Below are positions 23,012 through 37,053 of a stretch of DNA of 64,000 nt, one piece after another (position 1 is the first letter of the stretch; each line of letters begins with the position of its first letter). The stretch lies in assembly GCF_006345805.1 (NCBI RefSeq), contig NC_043003.1:116188001-116252000 (forward strand), in the 5' to 3' direction. The position numbers were made by a program, and so were the translations under genes. The DNA comes from Octopus sinensis (lineage: Eukaryota). Under the pieces are notes generated by a model. The model ran no database searches, had not been told where the DNA came from, and saw only the letters and a program-made list of their open reading frames with translations.

Positions 23012-26000
23012 GTATATATGCGTTATATTTATGTATAATTAAACATTGCATAATCAGATATTTTGCGGTATCAACGAGCAATTAGAAGCGCATACAAACA
23101 TCCATACATATACACACATCTATACACATACTCACGCATAGATCTCATATGTTTGCATTAGTTTTTTTTTTCTAATCATAATTATGGTCGTGTTTTCTTT
23201 CAGTGAAACAAAATATACCAGTTTCGAAAATTTACTTACATAAAGTGATATTTCTGCTGCATTAATTGCATTTTAGATTGGGAAATGAAGTGTAAAGAAA
23301 AAAATTTAAAAGAACACGTTATGGAAAACGAAAAATATATTAGTGTCTCGTTTTGCAAAGAATTTTGGTGTTATTTGCTAAATAGTCATTATATATTTGC
23401 TTCTTCTCGTAATCCTGATTGCTAACTGCATTTCAACAATTCGTTAAAGGAATGTTTAATTCTCGTTCATTATGAAGCCATTATTACATATTTTATTTTG
23501 ATTTTTATTATTTTCTCTTTGTGTTTGTGTGTGCGCGTGTGTACGTTGTCTGTACATATCTCATTACCTCATTTAACACCAGCTGCCTATGCTATGGTAG
23601 AAAATATTCAGTGTTTGTGCATATTGTTTTTGTTAATAACATCGCTAATTCATCATTCGAGGAAGAAAATTGAATTTTCATGAGTTATGATTATATTTAC
23701 GCTCTCTCCATTTTCTAATCAAAATGTCTAACTTCTCGTACATTTATTTTGATATCATAATATTGATTTTTCGATGCTTTCTTTCGTAATAAGATATTTT
23801 AATAATTTCGAAACTCAATTGCTTTCCTGGACTTATATAATGCAGTCTCTTTCCTAGTTCTAACAACGGAACGTTCTCCAATATGGCAGCCTCTACGATC
23901 TTAGAGAAATATTCTTATCTCAGTCTGTTTACCTTATATTATGGGGTCTAAGCTGAAAAAATATATCTATGGTTTTGAATGCTGCGGTAAAGTTATGAAG
24001 GGACATGACGCGGAGAAGATTGAATGAATGTGTGTTCCCGTTATATTATTATACTCTTAAAGATTGTTGAAGAGTACGCAATTTATTACGACTCATGTAG
24101 CTAGTTATTCCTAAGATATATAAACATATAAATATATTTCTGGATTATCCAATTATATTCATTTATCAACATCATTGTTAATAACATTTAGTTAACTACG
24201 AGGTTGGGTGCCATTGATGTTAAATAAGATTTTTTTCCAAGAAATAACTCATAACGAACCATCACCCATACTGCGAAACTGCGTTCCAAAATTTCTCTTC
24301 ATAATTTGCAACTTGTCGTTGCTTTCATTTTGTAGATAAAGCCTATCTCTATATCGTTCTAACTACCATTCTCTCACTGTTCTTACTTCGTATTCTCTAA
24401 GCCTTTACGACAAACGAACACAAATATACTAAACTCTTTGGCGCTTGGTGTCCATCTCAGGTCGTTACATTTTGCCCATTTCAGAACTCTGAATCATTGT
24501 GAGTTTTAATATGAAATTTCTGAGTCATTGCAATACTATCAATATTATTATTCATGTTCGGCATACACGCCATGCAGATTCATTATTGCAGCATGGTGAA
24601 GGCAGAATTTTTTACGCTGTCAGTCTGCTATAATGAGTTACCATTGAAACTCCTTTTCATTTTTATACTTAATTCTTTATGTATATGATCATCTTCGCAG
24701 CAATTGATGTTTGCCTTACGCAGAAATTTCAATTGTAAAAAAATGAAAATGTTGATGAACTTCGCATTTTTTTATGAAAAGTTTCGTATCCGCCGAGGTG
24801 CTGCCTCCATTGCCTTGTATCGATTAAATATCTTAGAGTCGTAGAAGCAAGCCTTAACTACGTCGCACTTTTCATCACATAAATCTGTATCCGCCACAGT
24901 TTTCTAATTCCAAATGTGTCACCAGATATGATGCAAGCATTGGAGCTTCCATACCGTTCTTAACATATTACATAACAAAAGCAGGACCCATTCAAGCTAC
25001 TAACAAAAGGAGACACATGCATAAGATAATGTAGAATTGCCGGTGTTCTACTTTGCTAACTCCTCATATCCACAACATATCTGCAATCACTATGTCCATA
25101 TACAAACATCATGAGAAATATGTGGTATTTCTCTTCCTACGTGCTCAGTAATTCGTTGCGCTACGTAGTCATACAGATGACAAGCACATCAGAAATTTGG
25201 TGACCGATGTTAATATTTTACAAAAATATGTTGCAGACAACTCAGTTCTGAAAAAAGTTTGTTCGAAAACAGAAGTTAAGAAGAAGCAATTGCAAAGGTA
25301 TTTTTTTTATTCCAAAATCATTTTACATTTTCTTTACATCAGACTTACCTCGGTATAAATACATATGTTTAAATGAATCAGAATATTACTCAGTGCATAC
25401 AGCAACGTGTCATGGGCTAGCATACATATGCATATATTTATACAGTTGAAGTAATTATCTACATATGTATATATAGGTGTACACATATATTTATGCTTAT
25501 GTCTGTGTATGCGTGTATATGTGTATGTTCTATATATGTTTATAAATACCTCTTTAGTTGCTATGTCATATTTAACATTTATGTATATGATCATACATAT
25601 ATACATGAACATATATACATACTTACATATATGTCTGTATGTCTTGCGCGCGCGCGAGTATGTTGATCTCTATAAATGGCTTGGGGTGATCGATAAATAA
25701 TGTTTCGAATATTTATTTTTAGCATGTCTAAGACGTAGCCAGAGTTGCTTAGTAGTTTTAGTAAAACTAACTCACTACGACGAAGATCTAAACGAATTTC
25801 TAAAGAAATATAAATAATTCAATTAGACATGCTCCGGGGAGTTTGGGCAAATCGAAAGGGACTTGAAAATCGAAATGTCACAAGTGCACTTTCCGGTAAA
25901 GGAATCTATGTATCAGGCACACACACAGGCTTGCGTACGTACGAACATATACATGTGTGTGTGTGTCTGTGTGTATGTCTGTGTGTGTATGTGTGTGTGT

Positions 26001-26144
26001 ATGTGTGTGTGTGTGTGTGTGTGTGCTTCCATGTTTTACTTATGTATGTAAATATAATTTGCGTCAATTCGCTGCCTGTATGTGTGTAAGAAATTATATT
26101 ATTATTATTATTATATTATTATTATTATTATTATTATATTATTA

Positions 26145-26190
<46 letters not shown>

Positions 26191-26820
26191 GGTCTGTCGG
26201 AATATATTTTACACATTTGTATGTAAATGTGTATTTACATCGTGTGTGTGATTGTGCGTCTGTTTGTGTGTGAGAACACAATGCAATGATATATATGTAT
26301 ATATATATGTATATATATATATATATATATATACGATACGCTTGCATATATCTATATGATGTTGCCGAAAGCTCTCCTGGGTTTTAGAAAAAAAAATATC
26401 TGAAGCGTATTTACTTGAAGTATTATTTGTACTAGTATTTGTGAATTTAGACTTTCCTTGAAGATCATCGAATGTGAAGTTTAAAATTTACGTCTCTCTG
26501 ATAAACTGACCTTCAAACAAATGTTAATCGATGTTTTGGAGCTTAGTGTTCGAAATCATTTGTAATTTGGTACTTCATTTATTATCTCATGGGTCGTTAA
26601 TGAACGTAGAGCTCATGCTATATGGTGGGGTTAGACAACAGATATGGCCGACTATTTATGATTTATAAATATGGGCTTTAAAATATTCTCATTTGAAAGA
26701 CATTCTGATAGATACAAAATCAAGCAATGGCATCTCAGTCATTTTCTTTCTAGCATAAATTAATTTGTATGAATATATTATTATTTAGATTTATCAGATA
26801 AAGACTACGCGAGAACACAT

Positions 26821-26860
<40 letters not shown>

Positions 26861-26865
26861 AATAA

Positions 26866-27295
26866 GGGTGGAATATAATTAATTTAATAAAATTAATAAA
26901 TTTCACTTAGTAGATTTATCGGTATGGAAAAGACCATATTTGGTAATGGTTATAATAATTATAATTAAGGGTTAATTGCAACAAGTTGCTCAAAACCACA
27001 TACCGAAAATATTAGAAATAGCAGCCAAAATTGATCACTATTTCCTCTACTAATAAAAAGTCTCCACAAACAAACAGAATTTGTAACCTGTATATGGCAA
27101 AAAAAGGAAGAAAATAACGAAATCCCAGCCTATGGATTAATTATAGTCGAATCGTTTCTGGATTAGAACCGAAGGCTCATTTCCTTGTCAAAATAATATT
27201 TCCTATAAATCTAGAAATGCTAGGGGAAAAACTCACCCGTTACACCAGCACGACCAGCGACATCGAACGATCCAACGGTCTGTTACCATTCCTAC
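26866..27295. repeat. (TA)n-embedded interspersed repeat of unknown class
   Basis: GCAACAAGTTGCT..ATACCGAAAA(T)ATTAGAAATAGCAG shared with 42790-42960. Confidence 0.5.
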
Positions 27296-27343
27296 ACTTA
27301 TACAGATATGCGAATATATATATATATTATTATTATTATATAT

Positions 27344-27375
<32 letters not shown>

Positions 27376-27453
27376 CAAAGTAGAGTTGTAAGGTACCGCA
27401 CGAGTGGAATTATAAATGCAAGGTTTGAAAATGCAATTTTAAAAGCTGTTTAT

Positions 27454-27499
27454 TTACTTTACCGGTTTCACTTATTTAGAAAAAGATTGTCAAAAGTAA
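27454..27499 (-). ncRNA. Hammerhead-like motif with U3:A8 core in a (TA)n-embedded element (about 27375-27550)
   Basis: UUACUU-UUGACAA-[weak stem II]-GAAAC-CG-GUA-AAGUAA; 6-bp stem I and palindromic ACCGGU. Confidence 0.45.
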
Positions 27500-27645
27500 C
27501 ATGTAAACGCTTGGTTGTGTTAGTTACTGGTTGTCACAATACTACAAAAAATATATATATTTATATATTATTTATATATTATTTTATATATATATATATA
27601 TATGCATATATATATATATAATATAAATAATATATAAATATATGC

Positions 27646-27676
<31 letters not shown>

Positions 27677-28296
27677 TATTTATATTATATATATATATAT
27701 GCATATATATATATAATATAAATAATATATAAATATATGCATATATATATATAATATAAATAATATATAAATATATGCATATATACATATATTACATACT
27801 TACATATATATGTATATATACATGCATATATGGGTAGAGGATATAAGTAAAAATGTTGAACATAATAAGAAACGAAAACATAAAAACAAAAGCATAGAAA
27901 CGAACTTTGTTTCAAAGAACGAAAAAAAAACGAGAAACGAGACATACAACATAAAGAATTTTCTTCAGTTCTCCCTATTTCGTCTAGTCCGCGTTCGGAA
28001 GGTAAGGACAAGACGCGAATTCGTTGAAACAGTCCCTCCCGCAAATCAAATGAAATATAATTTGGGATGCTTTTTGCGGAGGGTGAAAGTGATAACAAGA
28101 ACAGGACAGTAATAACAAAGCAGTACAGACCAGAAAAAACTGAAAACAGGAAGAGACACAACAATGAAAGAACAGTAAAAAGACAGAACGTGCGATCATA
28201 TGATATGCTTGTATATATACATATATATGTAGGTGTGTACATATATGTATGTATTTATACATATATTTATATATTATTTATATTATATATATATAT

Positions 28297-28461
28297 AGGC
28301 GCAGGAGTGGCTGTGTGGTAAGTAGCTTGTTTACCAACCACATGGTTCTGTGTTCAGTCCCACTGCGTGGCATCTTGGGAAGTGTCTTCTACTATAGCCT
28401 CGGGCCGACCAAAGCATTGTGAGTGGATTTGGTAGACGGAACCTGAAAGAAGCCAGTCGTA

Positions 28462-28501
<40 letters not shown>

Positions 28502-28715
28502 TGTGTGTATTTGTCCTCTTAGCATTGCTTGACAACCGATGCTGGTGTGTTTATGTCCCCGTTACTTAGCGGTTCGGCAAAAGAGACCGATAGAATAGGT
28601 ACTGGGCTTACAAAAGAATAAGTCCCGGGGTCGAGTTGCTCGAGTAAAGTCGGTGCTCCAGCATGGCCGCAGTCAAATGACTGAAACAAGTAAAAGAATA
28701 AAAGAATAAAAGAAT
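28297..28715 (+). mobile_element. tRNA-derived SINE family S3 with internal microsatellite
   Basis: Head AGGAGTGGCTGTGTGGTAAG..GTTCAGTCCC, CORE-like TTGGG(C)AAGTGTCTTCTAC, tail TGACTGAAACAAGT(AAAAGAAT)n. Confidence 0.9.
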
Positions 28716-29337
28716 ATATGTATATATACATATATTTATATATTATTTATATTATTATATGATCGAACGTCACGCATCCTTTTCCAAGTAAGTTTTATCT
28801 TGATAATTATGATGCGCACTCTTACTCTTTACTATTTCTTCTCTGTCTATATCTCTCCCTCTCTTGTTCTTCATCCTTTCTGCTTTCCTCTCTCACCCTT
28901 CCCTATTCTTCTCATCTCCCCTTCACCGTTCTCTCTCTCTTACTCCTCCTTGACTCTCTCGTCGCTGACACGTGATCAGAGGGAAGCCAAATTATTCTGA
29001 ATGCTTAAGAAGACAGCTTATGAAAGAGACAGAATAAGCTAGTCTGGTCTTTGTAAAGATAGCGGTCGGAAAGGTGGCTTCCCTCTGATGATCAGTACAT
29101 TCGCCGTTTATTTCTTTATAGAATGGCATCTGATCTACTCTGAATAACTTATTCTGTTTGTTCTGATGTATTTCAGAATTTCATTGACATTTTACGTTTC
29201 TTGGCTCAATTTCCGTCGATCAACCATTTTAAGGTTGCAAATAATGTTGCTATCGTTCTCCTGTAGTCTTACCTTTATTCTGTCGTAGATTGCATTTTGT
29301 TCATCTGTCATGACACTATTACTCGCAAAATAAAATG

Positions 29338-29410
29338 TGTTACCTTAGTTCACTGGTAGTTAACAGCTGATACCGTAGTACATCTCCCGCGTTAGAAGCT
29401 GTGCAAAGGC
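29338..29410 (+). mobile_element. R4/Dong family B 3'UTR stub
   Basis: Matches the reverse complement of 17292-17365; followed by about 1 kb of (AAT)n/(AAC)n. Confidence 0.8.
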
Positions 29411-29457
29411 AATAATAATAATAACAATAATAATAATAATAATAATGATAACAATAC

Positions 29458-29535
<78 letters not shown>

Positions 29536-29698
29536 CAACAACAACAACAACAACAACAGCAACAGCAACAGCAACAGCAACAACAACAGAAACAACAGCA
29601 ACAACAACAACAACAACAACAGCAACAACAACAGCAGCAACAACAACAACAACAACAACAATAACAACAACAATAATAATAACAATAATAATAACATC

Positions 29699-29747
<49 letters not shown>

Positions 29748-29748
29748 C

Positions 29749-29779
<31 letters not shown>

Positions 29780-29790
29780 AATACTAATAC

Positions 29791-29832
<42 letters not shown>

Positions 29833-29838
29833 TAACAA

Positions 29839-29900
<62 letters not shown>

Positions 29901-29990
29901 TAATAATAATAATAATAGTAATAGTAATTAATAATAATATAATAATAATATAATAATAATAATATAATAATAATGATAATAATAATAATG

Positions 29991-30032
<42 letters not shown>

Positions 30033-30107
30033 TAATAATAATGATACTAATAATAATAATATAATAATAATAATAATAATAATAATATAATGATGATAAT
30101 AATAATA

Positions 30108-30149
<42 letters not shown>

Positions 30150-30194
30150 TGATGATGAAATAATAATAATAAAATAATAATAATAATAATAATG

Positions 30195-30287
<93 letters not shown>

Positions 30288-30365
30288 TAATAATAATAAT
30301 AATAAAATAATAATAATAATATAATAATAATAATAATGATAATAATAATAATAATAAAATAATAA

Positions 30366-30396
<31 letters not shown>

Positions 30397-30415
30397 TAAT
30401 ACTAATAATAATAAT

Positions 30416-30965
30416 GCCCTGATGCAGTACCAGGCAGTGGCTCTCATGGCTTCTGATCTTAACTGATTGGAAGTGTTATCATGTACATTGTTTTGTCTTG
30501 GTAAAAAGATGGGCTACAGCAAATATTCTGCTCAATACCACAGATTTGCTTGTCAGTTGTTTGGCCTTAACCAGTTGAGCATGTCCCTTAGTGGGCTGAC
30601 ATATGTGCATCTCTGATCACGAGCAGAAGTAGTGGGGGAGCATCATGGCCATGTGTTGAGAGGGATTCTTTGGGGTTTGAATAATTCACCTCTGGAAACA
30701 TAGGTCTTCGTTCAACATCCTAAAGCAACCACTTATTCAGGGACCTTTTGAGCAGGATGGGCTACTCAACCTGAAGAAAATTCTAACTGGGCTCCACCTG
30801 CAAGGTCATGTGCTGTTTATCTTGATATGAGATCACCATGTCGCGCACATATGGTTGTGATGCATGTGCCGGTGTACCTTTATCAGACGGGTAGTCATGA
30901 TGGGTAATTGGGCTTCGTATATTTTACCCCAGTGTCACTTTGATGGCATGAATGCTCTCTCACTC
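30416..30965 (+). mobile_element. N550 element, full length
   Basis: GCCCTGATGCAGTACCAGGCAG...GCTCTCTCACTC; (AAT)n on both sides; no ORF and no A/B box seen. Confidence 0.85.
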
Positions 30966-30987
30966 AATAATAATAATAATGATAATA

Positions 30988-31034
<47 letters not shown>

Positions 31035-31050
31035 TAATAATAATATAATG

Positions 31051-31090
<40 letters not shown>

Positions 31091-31095
31091 TAATG

Positions 31096-31126
<31 letters not shown>

Positions 31127-31166
31127 TAATATAATAATATAATAATAAATAATAATAATGATGATG

Positions 31167-31206
<40 letters not shown>

Positions 31207-31271
31207 TAATAATAATATAATAATAATAAAATAATAACAATAACAATAATAATAATAATAATAATAATAAC

Positions 31272-31327
<56 letters not shown>

Positions 31328-31355
31328 TAATGATAATATAATAATAATAATAATA

Positions 31356-31398
<43 letters not shown>

Positions 31399-31498
31399 TA
31401 ATAATAATAATAATAGTAATAATAATAATAATAATAATATAATAATAATAATAATATAATATAATATAATAATAATAATAATAATAATAATGATGATG

Positions 31499-31547
<49 letters not shown>

Positions 31548-31598
31548 TAACAATAATAATAATAATATATATAATATATAATAATAATAATAATAATG

Positions 31599-31637
<39 letters not shown>

Positions 31638-31716
31638 TAATAATAATAAATAATAATAAAAAGTAATAATAATAATATAATAATTAATAATAATAATAAT
31701 ATAATAATAATAAAAA

Positions 31717-31768
<52 letters not shown>

Positions 31769-31800
31769 TAATAATAATAATAATAATAATATAATAATAT

Positions 31801-32498
31801 CAGTAGGCACGATAGAGCTGCACAATATATTCACTGGGTAATTTGCAAAACCTGGATTTGCCCCATGAAAAAAACTGGTGGGAACACAAACCACCTCCAG
31901 TGCTTGAAAATGACCACATCTCACTCCTCTGGAACTTCACCATTCAAACTGACAGGAATATAGATGCAAATAGGCCAGACATCCTATTGAAAGACTTCAA
32001 ACAAAGAACATGCCTCCTCATTGATATGACTGTCCCATCGATATAAACGTATCAGTCAAGACCTACCAAAAACTGAGCAATATAAGATCTTGAAATAGAA
32101 ATCAGCAAAATGTGGAAGCTGAAGACTAAAACAATACCTGTTGTCATAGGTGCCCTGGGAATGATAGCGAAAGGGACTGATTGCTACCTAACTCAGATAC
32201 CAGGAAACCCCAAAATGGCAGAAATTCAAAAGATAGTGCTCACGGGAACTGCTCATATCCTACGCAAAATACTCTCTATGTAATCCCAAGGTTTAAAACA
32301 AACCTTTTTTTATGTACTAGACATTCACTAGTACAACACAAAAAAACAAGAAAAAAGGGAAAAAGGAAAAGGAGAAAAGGAAAGGAAAAAGAAAAAAAAA
32401 CAAATATATGGCACAGAACTTCCAACCTGTTGTCTCTTGAGGTCTCTGGGTGAGACTTGGAGCCAACTTGTACAGACTTAAAGCAAAAGTCAAACATA

Positions 32499-32500
<2 letters not shown>
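31801..32500 (+). mobile_element. R4/Dong-type LINE 3' end with REL endonuclease, family C
   Basis: RHDRAAQYIHWVICKN..DANRPDILLKDF..LLIDMTVP..DLEIEISKMW..IQKIVLTGTAHIL; 3'UTR ends CAAACATAG(AAT)n. Confidence 0.9.
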
Positions 32501-32584
<84 letters not shown>

Positions 32585-32619
32585 GTAATAGTAATAATGA
32601 TAATAATAATAATAATAAT

Positions 32620-33167
32620 GCCCTGATGCAGTACCAAGCAGTGGCTCTCATGGCTTCTGATCTTAACTGATTGGAAGTGTTATCATTGTTTTGTCTTGGT
32701 ATAAAAGATGGGCTACAGCAAATATTCTGCTCAATACCACAGATTTGGTTGTCAGTTGCTTGACCTTAACCAGTTGAGCATGTCCCATAGTGGCTGACGA
32801 TATGTGCATCTCTGATCACGAGCAGAAATAGTGGGGGAGCATCATAGCCATGTGTTGAGAGGGATTCTTTGGGGTTTGAATAATTCACCTCTAGAAACAT
32901 GGGTGTTTCTTTCAACATCCTTAAACAACCCTTATTCAGGGACCTTTTGAGCGGGATGGGCTACTCAACCTGAAGAAAATTCTAACTGGGCCCCACCTGC
33001 AAGGTCATGTGCTCTTTATCTTGATATGAGACCACCATGTCACGCACATATGGTTGTGATGCATGTGCCTGGTGTACCCTTATCAGACGGGTAGTCATGA
33101 TGGGTATATTGGGCTTCGTATATTTTACCCCAGTGTCACTTTGATGGCATGCACTGCTCTCTCACTC
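32620..33167 (+). mobile_element. N550 element, full length
   Basis: High similarity to 30416-30965. Confidence 0.85.
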
Positions 33168-33173
33168 AACAAC

Positions 33174-33249
<76 letters not shown>

Positions 33250-34543
33250 TAATAATAATTTTAATAATACCCACACGCACATATATATGTGTATATATAC
33301 AAATACATACATTCCACACCTGCGTATATATATATAATTGTGTGTGTGTATTTATGTCGCACATACATAACTTACGTAGTTATGTTTTTACGTCGAATTA
33401 TAAAGAACACCTGAATAACACAGGTCTGGTGAAATAACTCTATTCGGACAAAAATATAGGATGGTAGATAGCGACATTTCGCCAATTGTTGTTGGTTATC
33501 AATAACCTGTAGAACTGGCTTATGGCTAATATGCAAATAGAGTGAAGTCTATTTGCTGATGTATTGCCATGTAGCACATGTAAAAGAAAATTAAATTACG
33601 ATTTAAATGCAGTTCTGTGAATATAATCATTACTGTCGCACATTATCGGTTTCTTGTGCTTTTAGTTGCGATGTCACTGAGGTCGATTTTACTATTACCA
33701 TTTCCGGGTTCGAAAAAGAAAAAAGAATTCCCAATCAACTAGCTATGTCCAATAATTTTTTTAGGTCTTGTGGTAATGGTAAAAAGAATTATTATTTTAT
33801 ACAATTTCTGTGCTTGCGTGACGAGTATGAAAAATATTTCATGGTTACCCATGTTCTGTATCGTAGGTATGGAAAATCTAAAATTATCTTTGCCACCCGA
33901 GAACTACTACTAAATGGTACCAAGTGCTGTTGTTCAAGGTCGTTAGCTTTGTAAAGAAATGCATATTGCTCGTGATGCATATCTTATATAGCCAGGAAAT
34001 GCTCATGCATACATACATACACACATACATTCATACAATCATACATACATACATATATTCATAGGTGTGTGTGAGTCTGTGTGTGTGTATGGTTATATAT
34101 ATAGTTTTATACATGAGAGACATATATTCTCTGTATAGAATGCACCTTGTAGTGCTCAAGAGATTTAAACTAGAGCAGGCAGAGGGTTAAATGTTAGGTT
34201 CAGCAAGTTATGCAAGTCGACATACAAAAAGTCTTAATTACATTTAATATAAAATAAATTAAGATATATGTTTACATGTAAAAAGTTCTGACTTACACAT
34301 AATAGACATGATATCAGGAATTAAAGGGGTTGAGTAAGTGTTTTACGAGTCCAATAGCTGTGTCGTGGGAGAAAGCCAAGATAATGATTATAAATTGATT
34401 CCGTCATCGGATAATACCAGCTTCCGTCTTCAGGAAAGAATTTTACATTTTAAGTGTTGACAAAAAGTAGATTTGTATTGAATGTATTTAATATTTAGTG
34501 TATATTGACTTTCCTAACTCGCTTATACATATATATATATATT

Positions 34544-34554
<11 letters not shown>

Positions 34555-34626
<72 letters not shown>
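34555..34626. repeat. (TAGA)n microsatellite
   Basis: Direct reading. Confidence 0.95.
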
Positions 34627-34627
<1 letters not shown>

Positions 34628-34654
34628 CCGACCGACCAATAGACAGGTGTGGTG

Positions 34655-34870
34655 AAGGTGTTTGACCAAGAGGTTAGGGCATTGTATTTCGATCTAGTGA
34701 CCGTGGCTTCAAATCCTGGACCGGACGATGTATTGTTGTTCTTGAGCAAACATTTCATTTCACTTGTGAAATGTGGGTGGGAGAGTGTCAGATTCGATGG
34801 TGTGTCGGCAGAGATCATTTATTGTGTAACGTCTGGCACTGTACATTCTGAGTTCAAACCCTCATACCAT
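34655..34870 (+). mobile_element. Degenerate tRNA-derived SINE
   Basis: GACCAAGAGGTTAGGGCA..TTCAAATCC..TTGTTCTTGAGCAAACA pattern of head plus CORE-like start. Confidence 0.45.
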
Positions 34871-36263
34871 TATTCAGTAACCTAGTTAACGGTGGCAGAG
34901 AATGGTTAGGACATTCATTGGGCGCATAAAGAGTGCTGGACTAGTTTCACATTCAGAAGATCTGGTAAAGAGCAGTCCACGCTTAAAGAGAGGCGATGAG
35001 AGAGAGAGAGAGACAGACAGAAAGAGAGAGAGAGAGATGTGTATATATATATAAGTTAGTACATGTATATAAACATAGGAAATTGGCCGCTGAAGAAGCT
35101 TTCTTTTATTTTAGCGATTTTACAAATAATTATTCATTCTTTTTAAAATATCTTCCTTTAATAATAATAACTCCAAAGACGTCTTCATTTTGTTTGAATT
35201 ATTGTTTTTTACAGATTTTTATGTGCAAACATGAGTTTTGCTTAAAACGGTTACCAACATGAAGATTGATATTCCTTGCCAAATGTATTTTTTATAAAGT
35301 AAATAGAATTCTTATTCGTAATACTTACGTAAATATTCAAATTTTGTTTCTTTCGTTTGCCTTCCGGCCACTTCAAGAGGAGAAAAACTGTTACAAATTG
35401 CGTATTCAAGAAAAAAAATTGTTACAAATTGTGTATTTATGCAGAGAGAGGTAGATAGATACTTTATATATGGATCATGTTTTTGTCTACATATTTATAA
35501 ATGTACATATATACGTGTATGTATGTGTTTGTATGAATATGTGCGTGTTGGTATGCATGCATGTATGTTTGTACGCATGTATGCATGTATGTATGTACGT
35601 ATGTATGTACGCAAATATGTATGTGTGTATGTATGTGTGGGTGTTGTGTGTGCGTGTATAGTATGTATATAATATGTCTATAGTAAAACCGACAAAGAAA
35701 TACGTTGAAATAGCCGATGGCTTTTTATTATCCAACGCGTTGGACAGATTATGTTTTTCAGTTAAATTTTAAAATGACTAGAATGGAAAAAAAGGAAATT
35801 TTCGCAGAATTTTGCATCCTTTATGTTTCAGCAACTGGTTGCAAATTGTGAAGAACGTGAGGCAACGTGAGCATGCATACATAAAGGGTAAGAAGTGTGA
35901 AAGAAACTAGGTGAGAAAGAACGAAACAAAGAGAAGGATAGTAACGTGGGAGATGAGATTGAGTGTAAATTATGGGAGAGGAGTGCTGAAGTTTGACAAC
36001 TTTAGAATAGAATGAGGATTTTTTATTTAAATCTATTTGTACCATTGCTTCGATTTCCAATAAGAAATATTGTTCCTTCCGTTTTCTTCAGCGTGCAAAA
36101 CCACCAAATTCAGACATGTCGCAACTAACAAATGGAAAGTAGACTGGTTAACTGTATTGATATGAATGGGGAATGTTTGACCCAACATAAGAAGTACTGT
36201 ACTTTGATTATGCTCATAAAAGTCATCAGTAAGTTGACAGTGTTTCCTCAATATAACTGTCTA

Positions 36264-36566
36264 CGGATCTTTTCGGTTTGAACGGCAGTTTTTAACATAA
36301 TCTCTAAGTAACTAAAAAATTTTAAACTTCTTATACTAGTAGAATGTGTTTATAAAACATCTTTTTCTCTTGGTTTTATTGAGAAACTTCTATAGTTTGT
36401 AAGATATTTGCTGTTTTTTTTCTTCAATTTCTGCAATTTCAACCAATCAGGGACGTCTATTGAGTTAAAAAGCATTCTGTGCCGTATGAAAATGTCCCTC
36501 GTTTAAGAAACTGATTGGGTTTATTTACATTTGTGAAGAAAAAAGATACCCTTCCCCCAACCCCCA
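36264..36566. mobile_element. Truncated copy of the 7576-7980 repeat
   Basis: Same CGGATCTTTTCGGTTTGAACGG start. Confidence 0.7.
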
Positions 36567-37053
36567 ATGAGGTTTCTGTGTGCGTCTATTACTAATATAA
36601 TAGGAGCAAAGAGGTTACATCTAACATGAAGACGGTGAACGGATTTACCATAATAAAGCTGAATAATGAATTTCTCTTGAATAAACCCTCTGGAAATATT
36701 TTTCGAAGCGTACGGTATATGTCACTAAATCTCTTCCCCACTTGCAATTCCCTCGTCACTTATAGCTAAATGTTGGACATATTTCATTGGATACAACCTG
36801 TTATATAGTACCTTTTCATGCTTGAAGTCATCGGGAAAATACAAGGCTGCTCCAACAACTCAGATTGTTATATCTCTACAATACAAATAAAGCAATGATA
36901 AAGGTGGCAATTTCCTTCACATATTTATGCACGAAAAACAAGCACAATGATATCCGTGCTGTAGATGGAATCATCACAACTTTTTTGTGTTTCAGTATGA
37001 TACACCCTCACAAGATCTGGTAGTGTTCATCCGACACGCTCATGTGCAAGACA

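Larger units (their letters stand above)
29411..33260. repeat. Very long (AAT)n field (with AAC/AGC variants) hosting nested elements
   Basis: Tracts 29411-30415, 30966-31800, 32500-32619 and 33168-33260. Confidence 0.95.

Noticed and set aside
24780-24960. Possible RTE APE fragment (VADTDLCDEKCDVVKACFYD)
   Set aside because: Single short motif-like match, not supported by neighbouring motifs.
26925-27055. GAAAATATTA plus GAAATAG/CTATTTC hairpin suggesting a permuted hammerhead
   Set aside because: No CUGANGA-like core in either copy (compare 42820-42870).
29085-29145. CTGATGA..CTGA as hammerhead or C/D snoRNA
   Set aside because: No GAAA/stem II, no terminal stem and no recognisable guide.
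36100-36230. Possible mariner C-terminus (VNCIDMNGECL)
   Set aside because: Too short and degenerate to support.
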